32,000 nt of DNA from Isorropodon fossajaponicum endosymbiont JTNG4 (GTDB lineage: Bacteria; Pseudomonadota; Gammaproteobacteria; PS1; Pseudothioglobaceae): contig NZ_AP013043.1 in the NCBI RefSeq assembly GCF_016592615.1, positions 1,170,001 to 1,202,000 of the forward strand, given 5' to 3'. A program made the position numbers and the translations under genes. Shown one piece after another: positions 8,683-17,439 of this stretch. The notes beneath the pieces are model-generated. The model saw only the letters and a list, made by a program, of their open reading frames with translations. It had not been told where the DNA came from and searched no databases. Positions within the stretch are counted from its first letter, which is position 1, and the number at the start of each line of letters is the position of its first letter.

Positions 8683-10647
8683 TTGTCATCAATCGTTGAA
8701 GTTGCCATACCCGTACCACTAAATAAAACTTTTGACTATCTATGTGATGATGAGGTGCTTGTGGGTGCGCGCGTTAAAGTGCCTTTTGTGCGTAAAAAAG
8801 TAATTGGTATTGTACTAGCTATTAAGGATAAAAGTGATTTTGATAAACTTAAATCTGTTGAAAAGGTGTTAGATAAGACACCAATTTTAGACAAACCAAC
8901 CTTAGATTTCTTGTTTTGGTCAGCCAATTATTACCACCATCCAATTGGTGAAGTTATTTCAACTGCACTGCCTAAGAACCTGCGTTTAGGTAAAGAAGCA
9001 AACATTAAAAAAGTTATAGGTTTGCCAAAAAAAACACAGAAGCCAGACTTTCAACCCACAGATGAGCAAAATATTGCCATCGCACAAATCTTAAAATCAA
9101 CCCATCAATATCACGCTTTTTTACTCCACGGCGTGACTGGCAGTGGCAAAACTGAGGTGTATTTACACATCACCCAAGCAGTGCTTAACCAAAAAAAACA
9201 AGCACTGGTATTGGTGCCAGAAATTGGGCTAACGCCACAAATGATCACCCGTTTTGAATCACGCCTAAAAACACGTGTAGTAGCAATTCATTCACAACTC
9301 AACGAAACTCAAAAACTAGATGCCTACCTCATGGCTAAAAACGGTGAAGCTGGCGTGGTACTTGGCACACGAAGTGCCATTTTTGCACCGATGCCAAATT
9401 TAGGCTTAATTATTATTGATGAGGAACATGACAATTCGTTTAAGCAGCAATCAAGTTTTCGGTATTGTGCTAGAGATTTAAGCTTTATCCGTGCCAAACA
9501 AGCCAATATCCCACTGGTCTTAGGCACAGCAACGCCTTCGTTAGAATTGTTAAAAAATGTGATGGATGAGAAAATTACACGTATCACACTCACCAAACGC
9601 GCAGGCGATGCCACCTTGCCAAAGGTGAGTTTGATTGATATGCGTAGTAATACTGATGGCGCCTTATCTAAAATGTTGGTTGAAAAAACCAAACAATATT
9701 TATCCGCCGGCAAGCAAGTCATGTTGTTTATTAACCGTCGAGGTTATGCACCTGTTTATTATTGCACACAGTGCGGTTGGAAAGCACAATGCGACCATTG
9801 CGACTCAACCATGGTTTATCATCGCCATATCAATCGCCTTAAATGCCATCATTGTAGCGATGAAAAAGTGCCAGAACACACCTGCCCAGACTGCTCTGAG
9901 CAAAGCCTTGAAGTGCTAGGCTATGGTACAGAAAGATTAGAAGAAACACTGTCTTCACATTTTGCAGATACCCCTATTATCCGCATTGATCGTGACACCA
10001 CACGACGCAAAAAAGCCTTTGCACAACACTTAGAGCAAATTAACGCTGACGAACCTTGTATTATTGTTGGCACGCAAATGTTAGCCAAAGGGCATGATTT
10101 TTCCAACCTTGCAATGGTTGGTATTTTGGATATTGATGCTGGATTTTTATCCCTTAACTTTCGGGCAACTGAGTATTTAGCTCAATTACTCATTCAAGTA
10201 TCAGGTCGCGCAGGCAGGCATAAAGAAAAAGGCGAAGTCGTTATCCAAACCCGCTATCCAGACCATCCAATCTTTAACTTTGTTTTATCGTCCCGCTACA
10301 CGCAATTTGCCAGCCAACTCCTCAAACAACGCCTAAGCGCAATGATGCCGCCTTTTTCACACCAAGCATTATTATGTGCCAATGCAAAAAACAAACAAAA
10401 TGCTGAGGATTTCTTGCGTGAAGCAGCCGTTTTATTAAAAAGCATACAAATGGATTCAGTAGAAATTTGGGGGCCAGTGGCTAACACCATTGAAAAGAAA
10501 TCAGACTACTACTACTTCAACTTGTACCTACAATCCAACAACCGAGCAACACTCCACCAAATGCTATCCACTTTCAATCAACATATCAACACACTTAAAC
10601 TCAAAAACAAAGTGCGTTGGTATTTGGATATTGACCCAATTGAGTAA
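8683..10647 (+). CDS. priA: Primosomal protein N' (replication restart helicase PriA)
   Basis: GVTGSGKTEVY Walker A, DEEHD, and a Cys-rich zinc insertion (CTQCGW..CDHCD..CHHC..CPDC). TTG start. Confidence 0.9.
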   Translation: MSSIVEVAIPVPLNKTFDYLCDDEVLVGARVKVPFVRKKVIGIVLAIKDKSDFDKLKSVEKVLDKTPILDKPTLDFLFWSANYYHHPIGEVISTALPKNLRLGKEANIKKVIGLPKKTQKPDFQPTDEQNIAIAQILKSTHQYHAFLLHGVTGSGKTEVYLHITQAVLNQKKQALVLVPEIGLTPQMITRFESRLKTRVVAIHSQLNETQKLDAYLMAKNGEAGVVLGTRSAIFAPMPNLGLIIIDEEHDNSFKQQSSFRYCARDLSFIRAKQANIPLVLGTATPSLELLKNVMDEKITRITLTKRAGDATLPKVSLIDMRSNTDGALSKMLVEKTKQYLSAGKQVMLFINRRGYAPVYYCTQCGWKAQCDHCDSTMVYHRHINRLKCHHCSDEKVPEHTCPDCSEQSLEVLGYGTERLEETLSSHFADTPIIRIDRDTTRRKKAFAQHLEQINADEPCIIVGTQMLAKGHDFSNLAMVGILDIDAGFLSLNFRATEYLAQLLIQVSGRAGRHKEKGEVVIQTRYPDHPIFNFVLSSRYTQFASQLLKQRLSAMMPPFSHQALLCANAKNKQNAEDFLREAAVLLKSIQMDSVEIWGPVANTIEKKSDYYYFNLYLQSNNRATLHQMLSTFNQHINTLKLKNKVRWYLDIDPIE

Positions 10648-10698
10648 CGCTAGTTTTCTGTTATTATAGTTGCCACATTACTATACCTCAAAAACACA

Positions 10699-11095
10699 AT
10701 GTTCAGCCAAGCAGTAATTGAAGAACTAAAATCTTATGTTTATTTTCTTCAAGATCCAAGAAATAATGAAATATTTTATGTGGGAAAAGGTGTTGAAAAT
10801 CGAGTATTTGACCATATGGAATGTGCTATTGTTAATTCTGACAATAAAGTAAAGTATTTCAATTAAGGCACGGTTTGAGTGAAACAGTATCATTTAAAGT
10901 TGAAGCAGCAGTTATAGATTTTATTGGTATGGAAAATTTGTTAAACTTACAAGGCGGTCATTATTCAAATGATTTTGGCATTAAAACAGCAGAGGAAATT
11001 TCAGCAATGTATGAGGCTTCAGAATTAAATACTAGTAAACCAATATTACTGATAAACATTAATAAGCTTTATCGCAAGGATATGAGTTGTATGAT
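10699..11095 (+). pseudogene. GIY-YIG nuclease-family (COG3680-like) gene. It is interrupted by a stop/frameshift and 3'-truncated by the IS.
   Basis: 10699-10866 encodes ...YVYFLQDPRNNEIFYVGKGVENRVFDH... and then a stop. A second frame (10875-) continues protein-like (EAAVIDFIGMENLLNLQGG...) until the IS left end at 11096. Confidence 0.6.
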
Positions 11096-11160
11096 TGCAA
11101 TAGTCTAATTTTATTGGACACAAAGATAGCCTTATAATACAAACCATAAGGAGGTCAGTA

Positions 11161-11512
11161 ATGACACAATATAAATCAAGAAAACAACGAGTGACTTTTA
11201 CCGTTGAACATTCTGTTCAATACCCCCTTGAGGGGGGAACACTAGATTATGCCAAACTCATGGTGCATGAGAATTACACCAATAAAAAAAATCATGATAA
11301 TATCAGGAGCTTGCTCCTCAGCAGTTAGCAGATGGAGAAAACAATACCTAGCAGAGCTTGGTGGACAAACACCAGAGTCAGGCAAAGCGCTGACTTCTGA
11401 ACAACAAACAATACAACTGCTTGAGAAACAACTTTGGCGCGCACAAAGGGACAATGAAATCTTAAAAAAGGCAACAGCCTTGTTCGCTGTGGACAATCAC
11501 CAAGTGATATGA
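11161..11512 (+). pseudogene. IS3 OrfA, frameshifted by an A8 tract (A7 in copy 1)
   Basis: The ATG at 11161 reads MTQYKSRKQ...ENYTNKKNHDNIRSLLLSS* and stops at 11326-11328. The rest of OrfA is in the +1 frame (track ORF 11249-11512). The A-run is at 11284-11291. Confidence 0.75.
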
Positions 11513-11637
11513 TTATCAAGATAAACAAGGCTTGCCAACAATACAATACTAAAGAATTATGAGCATTACTCAAACTTCCTCGCAGTAGTTATTACTATCA
11601 AGTCAAAGATAAGCGAGTAAACAACAACACCAACGCT

Positions 11638-12366
11638 ATGATTAAATTAATCAAACAAACTGCTATTGAAGTTGGATACACCTATGGCAAACGCAGAATG
11701 CGAGTAGTTTTGAATAACCAAGGTTATAACATTGGTATTTACCAAACTGCAACGCTAATGAAAAAAGCCAATGTAGTTGCCATACGCCCAAGAAAGCGTC
11801 ATTATTACCCTAATACTAGATTGATGTTTAAAAAGGCAAAAAACCTATTAAATCGTGTGTTTGAGCAGCAATCAATTAATACGCATTGGGTTGGTGATAT
11901 TACCTATATCAAAACCTATCAAGGTGGGAGTTATTTAGCCAGTGTGTTGGATTTAGGCTCAAGACAAGTTGTTGGTTGGGCATTGTCAAAACAGCCTAAT
12001 GCTCAGTTGGCAAAGGATGCGCTTAGTAATGCTGTGTCTAGACACCAGCCCAATACAAATAAACACATGTTTCACTCTGATCAAGGGACTCAATACTCTT
12101 CTAAAGTTTTTATTGATTATTGCAACAAGAACAACATTACTCAAAGCATGAGCAGGCGAGGTAATTGTTGGGATAATGCGGTCATGGAGCGTTTCTTTAG
12201 AAGTCTGAAGACTGAGAGATTAAATTATCAAAGTTTTGCAAATCATAGTGAAGTCGTGCAAAATGTAGAGGGTTATATCTACTTGTATAATTACAAAAGG
12301 ATTCATTCAGCGATTGGGTATTTAACACCTGCTCAAAAGATGGCTGAATTGAAAAAAGCGGCTTGA
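11638..12366 (+). CDS. IS3-family OrfB (DDE transposase catalytic domain), full-length C-terminus
   Basis: 242 aa with the DDE triad context. The frame is open upstream only to an in-frame TGA at 11560-11562. Confidence 0.85.
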   Translation: MIKLIKQTAIEVGYTYGKRRMRVVLNNQGYNIGIYQTATLMKKANVVAIRPRKRHYYPNTRLMFKKAKNLLNRVFEQQSINTHWVGDITYIKTYQGGSYLASVLDLGSRQVVGWALSKQPNAQLAKDALSNAVSRHQPNTNKHMFHSDQGTQYSSKVFIDYCNKNNITQSMSRRGNCWDNAVMERFFRSLKTERLNYQSFANHSEVVQNVEGYIYLYNYKRIHSAIGYLTPAQKMAELKKAA

Positions 12367-12395
12367 AATGTGTCCAAGTAGGTTAGAGCATTGCA

Positions 12396-12720
12396 GTTTG
12401 AACACCAGTGGGGTAAACAGTTCCCAAGCATTGCCAAATCATGGCGACGTCATTGGGATAATGTAGCAACAATATTTGCTTATCCTGAAGCCATTAGAAA
12501 GGCAGTCTATACCACCAATGCCATTGAATCCTTAAACTCAGTGATTCGTAAATCTATCAAGAATAGAAAGATTTTTAATCACGATGATTCTGCTTTTAAA
12601 GTTGTCTTTTTGGCCATTGAAGCAGCCAGTAAGAAATGGACGATGCCAATTAGAAATTGGTCACAAGCAGTGAATTAGTTTATAATCCTGCATGAGGATA
12701 GATTAAAGGATTATGTCTGA
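12396..12720 (+). pseudogene. IS256-family (Mutator-type) transposase, C-terminal remnant, 5'-truncated by IS3 copy 2
   Basis: ...WGKQFPSIAKSWRRHWDNVATIFAYPEAIRKAVYTTNAIESLNSVIRKSIKNRKIF...KKWTMPIRNW matches the IS256 transposase C-terminus. A premature TAG at 12676 is followed by in-frame FIILHEDRLKDYV*. An IS256-type end probably lies near 12730-12770. Confidence 0.7.
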
Positions 12721-12804
12721 TTTTTAACGAGGGCTTTACACAATCTGGTTTACAGGGTCAAGAATTGAGGCAAAGGATTTGCCAGAATATCGCTATAAAA
12801 CATA

Positions 12805-13454
12805 ATGTATATTCTGGCACTAGCCTTTAACCATTTAAAATCAAAAAAGGTTTTGATTCGGCAGCCGTATTGGCATTTTCAACTTTGTTTGCTATTGTAC
12901 CAACGCTAACTTTGGTGTTTAGTGCGTTTTCTTTATCGCCTTATTTCTCTGACTTACGGCAGCCTTTAGAAGGGTTTTTGTTCGAGCAATTACTGCCTAA
13001 AAATTATGAGTTGGTCAGTCAGTACATTCACCAATTTATTGCGAGTGCACAAAAACTTAAAGGCGTTAGTATTTTATTTTTAGCCGTGTTTTTACTGGTG
13101 AGTTCTTACCTGAGTGCGTCACAATTATTTGTTTTTATACCAATGGGTGGTATTTTTATATCAAGTTTGCCAATTATTCTTTCGGCCATTGGACTGAGCT
13201 TGTTGTATTATTTTATTCCCAATGAAAAAGTATCGTTCAAAAATGCGATTAAATCTGGCTTTATTGCTGCATTTTTTTTAGAGGTTTTAAAATCAATACT
13301 ATTAATTTATATCAACTACTTTCCTTTTTATGAGCTGATTTATGGCGCATTATCCATGCTATTGTTGTTTATGCTTAGGGTATATTTTTCTTGGGCTGTA
13401 GTATTATTTAGCGCAAGTAGCAGTTTTTGTTTTCATCAGGCAGAGAGTCAATAA
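12805..13454 (+). pseudogene. YihY/BrkB-family membrane protein, frameshifted near the 5' end and apparently shortened internally
   Basis: The ATG at 12805 reads MYILALAFNHLKSKK and then goes out of frame at the A6 run (12843-12848). One extra A would give ...SKKGFDSAAVLAFSTLFAIVPTL..., the typical YihY N-terminus. The total of about 215 aa compares with about 290 aa for E. coli YihY. Confidence 0.6.
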
Positions 13455-14033
13455 ATGTTTACAGGTATTATTCAAACCATTGGCAAGATTAAAAGCATTC
13501 AGGCAGGCGCGTTTTGCTTTGAGGCGCAAAGCTCGTTTTTTAATGAGGTTAAAATTGGCGATAGTATTGCCGTAAATGGCGTGTGTTTAACCGCTATTGA
13601 AATAGGTGATGATTATTTTAAGGCTGATATTTCACAAGAAACACTTAGATGTACAATTTTTAATCACTTAGGTGTTAGCAATTCAGTTAACTTTGAAAAA
13701 GCACTAAGGCTTAATCAGGGTATTGATGGGCATTTGGTCAGTGGTCATGTTGATGGTATTGCTAAAGTTGTTGATCGATTTATTGAAGGTGAATCGACAC
13801 GTTTTAAAATTAATACACCTAAGAATTTGATAAAATACATTGCTAAAAAAGGCTCTGTTTGTATTAATGGCGTGAGTTTAACAGTTAATGATATTAACGA
13901 TTGCGTGTTTAATACTAACATTGTGCCACACACGCTAAAAGCCACAACATTGGGCGAATTAAAAATAAACAGTGAGGTTAACCTTGAAGTTGATATTATC
14001 GCTAGACACCTTGAACAATTATTACATCATTAA
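13455..14033 (+). CDS. ribE: Riboflavin synthase (alpha chain)
   Basis: MFTGIIQ..GKI start and two internally repeated barrels (...VNGVCLT... / ...INGVSLT...). Confidence 0.9.
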   Translation: MFTGIIQTIGKIKSIQAGAFCFEAQSSFFNEVKIGDSIAVNGVCLTAIEIGDDYFKADISQETLRCTIFNHLGVSNSVNFEKALRLNQGIDGHLVSGHVDGIAKVVDRFIEGESTRFKINTPKNLIKYIAKKGSVCINGVSLTVNDINDCVFNTNIVPHTLKATTLGELKINSEVNLEVDIIARHLEQLLHH

Positions 14034-14042
14034 AAATTAGTT

Positions 14043-15116
14043 ATGAAATCCAGTATTGAAGAAATTTTAAAAGACTACAGCCAAGGCAAAATGATTATCC
14101 TAATGGATGATGAAGACCGTGAAAACGAAGGCGATTTAATCATCCCTGCTGCAACTGCTACCAAAGAAGATATTAATTTTATGGCGACTCATGGACGTGG
14201 TTTGATTTGCCTAACCTTAACACAAGAACGCTGTAAACAGCTTAATTTACCACTCATGGTGGCGCAAAATAACGATGCAAATAGTACTAACTTTACCGTT
14301 TCAATTGAGGCGGTAGAAGGGGTAACCACAGGCATTTCAGCAGCAGACAGAGCCAAAACAATACTTGATGCAGTGGCAAAAGACGCCAAACCTGCTGATA
14401 TTGTACAACCAGGGCATATTTTCCCACTCATGGCACAACCAGGTGGGGTTTTAATCCGAGCAGGGCACACAGAAGCAGGGTGCGATTTAGCACGTCTTGC
14501 AGGGTTTGAACCAGCCAGTGTGATTGTTGAAATCCTCAATGAGGACGGCTCAATGGCGCGACGCGACGATTTAGAAATCTTTGCCAAAAAACACAATATC
14601 AAATTAGGCACGATTGAAGATTTAATCTCCTATCGAGTTGAGAATGAAAAAACCATCGAACGTATTAACGAGCGTGAGTTTAAAACCGAGTTTGCCACTT
14701 TTAGACTCATCTCATTTCTTGACAGTATTCACAATGAAATGCACCTAGCTTTGGTTAAAGGCGAAATTAGCAGCAACACTGATACGTGCGTGCGTGTACA
14801 CATGGAAGATACTTTTAAGGATGTGTTACGAGAAAAGTCAAACAGTTTTGGTGTTAACGTTGCATTAAAGCATATTGCCAAGTCAGATAGTGGCGTTTTG
14901 TTGCTACTTAGAATGCAAACTGACCAAAGCATTCTAGAAAATATTGACAACGTTAATGGCAATGCTCATGATGACATCAAAACCTATGGTGTTGGTGCGC
15001 AAATCTTATCTGACCTTGGTGTTAAACGAATGAGGATTTTAGGCAGTCCTAGAAAGCTTTATGGCTTAAAAGGCTTTGGTTTAGAAGTAACCGAATACGT
15101 AGACACCAACAAATAA
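14043..15116 (+). CDS. ribB: 3,4-dihydroxy-2-butanone-4-phosphate synthase fused to a GTP cyclohydrolase II-like domain (RibBA/RibBX type)
   Basis: The N-terminal DHBPS motifs ([18 protein letters not shown]) are intact. The C-terminal domain has [20 protein letters not shown] where catalytic RibA has RVHSECLTGD...CDCG, so no Cys zinc ligands are visible. Confidence 0.85.
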   Translation: MKSSIEEILKDYSQGKMIILMDDEDRENEGDLIIPAATATKEDINFMATHGRGLICLTLTQERCKQLNLPLMVAQNNDANSTNFTVSIEAVEGVTTGISAADRAKTILDAVAKDAKPADIVQPGHIFPLMAQPGGVLIRAGHTEAGCDLARLAGFEPASVIVEILNEDGSMARRDDLEIFAKKHNIKLGTIEDLISYRVENEKTIERINEREFKTEFATFRLISFLDSIHNEMHLALVKGEISSNTDTCVRVHMEDTFKDVLREKSNSFGVNVALKHIAKSDSGVLLLLRMQTDQSILENIDNVNGNAHDDIKTYGVGAQILSDLGVKRMRILGSPRKLYGLKGFGLEVTEYVDTNK

Positions 15117-15126
15117 AAGAACAATA

Positions 15127-15630
15127 ATGGAATTTAAATTTGATAAAAACGACAATGGCGATTTTCTCGCAAAGAAAAAAGTTGCGATTATCGTGGGTTA
15201 TTTTTACCAAGACATTGGCGACAAGCTATTATCAGCAGCACAAGAAACCTTAGCCAAATATGGCATCAATACTAATAATGTCAATGTGTTTTATGTCCCT
15301 GGTGCATTTGAAATCCCACTATTGGCTAAAAAATTAGCAAGCCAGCAACTAAATGGCAAAAATCTATATGATGGTATCGTGGCTTTAGGTGCAGTTATTA
15401 ATGGTGAAACCCCTCATTTTGAGTTTATTTGTAACGAATGCGCTCGTGGCGTGGCAGATGTTTCTTATCAATATGAAATCCCCACTGTTTTTGGTGTACT
15501 CACCACAAACAACATGGAACAAACCATCGGTAGGGTGGGTGGCTATAAAGGCAATAAAGGCGAAGAAGCAACCATGGCAATGATTGAAATGCTCTATTTA
15601 ATGCAACAAGCAGACACTCAAACTTTCTAA
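15127..15630 (+). CDS. ribH: 6,7-dimethyl-8-ribityllumazine synthase
   Basis: 167 aa with VPGAFEIP and GVLT motifs. Conserved operon position. Confidence 0.9.
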   Translation: MEFKFDKNDNGDFLAKKKVAIIVGYFYQDIGDKLLSAAQETLAKYGINTNNVNVFYVPGAFEIPLLAKKLASQQLNGKNLYDGIVALGAVINGETPHFEFICNECARGVADVSYQYEIPTVFGVLTTNNMEQTIGRVGGYKGNKGEEATMAMIEMLYLMQQADTQTF

Positions 15631-15632
15631 CC

Positions 15633-16058
15633 ATGACCTTTAAAACCCCAAAGCAACGCTCCCGTGAACGTGTGGTACAAGCGCTATACCAATATCTAGT
15701 ATCAGGTGGCGAAGTATTACAAATTGAACAACAATTTTTAAACCAAAAACAAGGTAAAATCTCAAAAGTCTTCTTTTCAAATTTATTCATCAATATCCTT
15801 AAAAACAGATCTTTACTAGATGAGATTATCGCACCTACCATTAGCCGAGAAACTGATGAACTGGGCTCTGTTGAACACGCTATTTTGTATCTAGGCACTT
15901 ATGAGCTTAAATTTAGCCCAGAAGTGCCCTATAAAGTCGTAATTAATGAATCACTTGAGCTGGCAAAATTATACGGTGCAGAAGGTGCGTATAAACTTAT
16001 TAACGTTTCATTGGACAAACTAGCTCAAACACTTAGAAAAGTTGAGTTGGACAGTTAA
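15633..16058 (+). CDS. nusB: Transcription antitermination factor NusB
   Basis: 141 aa. RSRERVVQALYQ start. ribH-nusB adjacency is conserved. Confidence 0.9.
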   Translation: MTFKTPKQRSRERVVQALYQYLVSGGEVLQIEQQFLNQKQGKISKVFFSNLFINILKNRSLLDEIIAPTISRETDELGSVEHAILYLGTYELKFSPEVPYKVVINESLELAKLYGAEGAYKLINVSLDKLAQTLRKVELDS

Positions 16059-16096
16059 CACCTAATAACCTAGAATAGGCGCAACAGCACACTTGC

Positions 16097-16121
16097 TAGA
16101 TATTAATATCTACACTTTTTT
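16097..16121 (+). terminator. Possible intrinsic terminator after nusB: a 16-bp perfect AT-rich palindrome followed by a T-run
   Basis: tagatattaatatcta (16097-16112) is followed by cac and then tttttt. The stem is all A/T apart from one G-C pair, so it is weak. Confidence 0.35.
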
Positions 16122-16897
16122 ATCTTTTTGATATATCCATAAATCCTGAGTAAGTCACACCTGAAAGCAAGGCCATTTTTTGATGCCAAGTGGCTAAATC
16201 ATTTTTGTTAAACTTGCTTAAATCGTTATGTCTACAGGCGCGCGCCATAACTTGCATCAATTCAGTAGAGGCATTAAAAAAATTATACAATTGTGTTGAG
16301 GCTGTTTTAATATTGAGTTTTTGACGCAGGTCTGGTTTTTGTGTAGCAATACCTGCCGGGCAATTATTAGTATTACACATTCTTGCACCAGCACAACCAA
16401 TTGTTTGCATGGCACTATTAGAAATAGTGCAATACCATCAAAGCCTTAACAAAATCAATAGGGACACGTAGTCCCGCCCGTAATAATTAAAGTAACGCGA
16501 CCACCGGCACCTTGCTTATCAAGATAATGGCGTGCACGCGCCAGTGCAGGAATTGTGGGGACACTAATATGGTCTCTAAATATTTCAGGTGCTGCGCCAG
16601 TGCCACCACCACGGCCATCTAATATAATGTAGTCAGCACTTGCATCTAATGCAAATTGAATGTCTTGTTCAATATGATTGGCACTAAGCTTAAAACCACA
16701 TCAGTTATCTCTCTTACTCTATCAGCAAAGCGCTTAAAATCCAATGCTGATGAAAGTTCTTTAAATGTTGGTGGAGAAATAGCAGGCTGACCTTCTAGCA
16801 TGCCTCGAACTTGCGATATTTTGCCTTGGTTTTTATTACCCAGGAAGATGACCACCAGTACCCGTTTTTGCACCTTGCCCACCAGTAAAATGAAAAC
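16120..16897 (-). pseudogene. FMN-binding glutamate synthase-family (GltB domain-2-like) gene. It has multiple frameshifts and is 5'-truncated by IS3 copy 3.
   Basis: By hand translation the segments GNKNQGKISQVRGMLEGQPAISPPTFKEL, FKLSANHIEQDIQFALDASADYIILDGRGGGTGAAPEIFRDH...PALARARHYLDKQGAGGRVTLIITGG, LRVPIDFVKAL and MQTIGCAGARMCNTNNCPAGIATQKPDLRQ lie in different frames. Confidence 0.7.
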
Positions 16898-16962
16898 TGC
16901 AATAGTCTAATTTTATTGGACACAAAGATAGCCTTATAATACAAACCATAAGGAGGTCAGTA

Positions 16963-17314
16963 ATGACACAATATAAATCAAGAAAACAACGAGTGACTTT
17001 TACCGTTGAACATTCTGTTCAATACCCCCTTGAGGGGGGAACACTAGATTATGCCAAACTCATGGTGCATGAGAATTACACCAATAAAAAAAATCATGAT
17101 AATATCAGGAGCTTGCTCCTCAGCAGTTAGCAGATGGAGAAAACAATACCTAGCAGAGCTTGGTGGACAAACACCAGAGTCAGGCAAAGCGCTGACTTCT
17201 GAACAACAAACAATACAACTGCTTGAGAAACAACTTTGGCGCGCACAAAGGGACAATGAAATCTTAAAAAAGGCAACAGCCTTGTTCGCTGTGGACAATC
17301 ACCAAGTGATATGA
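16963..17314 (+). pseudogene. IS3 OrfA, frameshifted by an A8 tract (17086-17093)
   Basis: Same lesion as copy 2. Confidence 0.75.
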
Positions 17315-17439
17315 TTATCAAGATAAACAAGGCTTGCCAACAATACAATACTAAAGAATTATGAGCATTACTCAAACTTCCTCACAGTAGTTATTACTAT
17401 CAAGTCAAAGATAAGCGAGTAAACAACAACACCAACGCT

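Larger units (their letters stand above)
11096..12395 (+). mobile_element. IS3-family insertion sequence, copy 2, complete ends (1300 bp)
   Basis: Imperfect 27-bp terminal IRs: TGCAATAGTCTAATTTTATTGGACACA on the left, and TGCAATGCTCTAACCTACTTGGACACA as the reverse complement of the right end. TG...CA termini. No flanking direct repeat (left flank ...tatgat, right flank gtttga...). Confidence 0.9.

Noticed and set aside
15389-15898. ORFs 15389-15583 (+) and 15500-15898 (-) overlapping ribH and nusB
   Set aside because: These are alternative or antisense frames of strongly supported genes, with no independent signals.
12396-16897. The 3-nt flanks aac (left of copy 3) and gtt (right of copy 2), which are reverse complements, as evidence of a split target-site duplication
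   Set aside because: A 3-nt match has about a 1 in 64 chance expectation. The two copies are in direct orientation, which does not fit the inversion scenario that would produce reverse-complement flanks.
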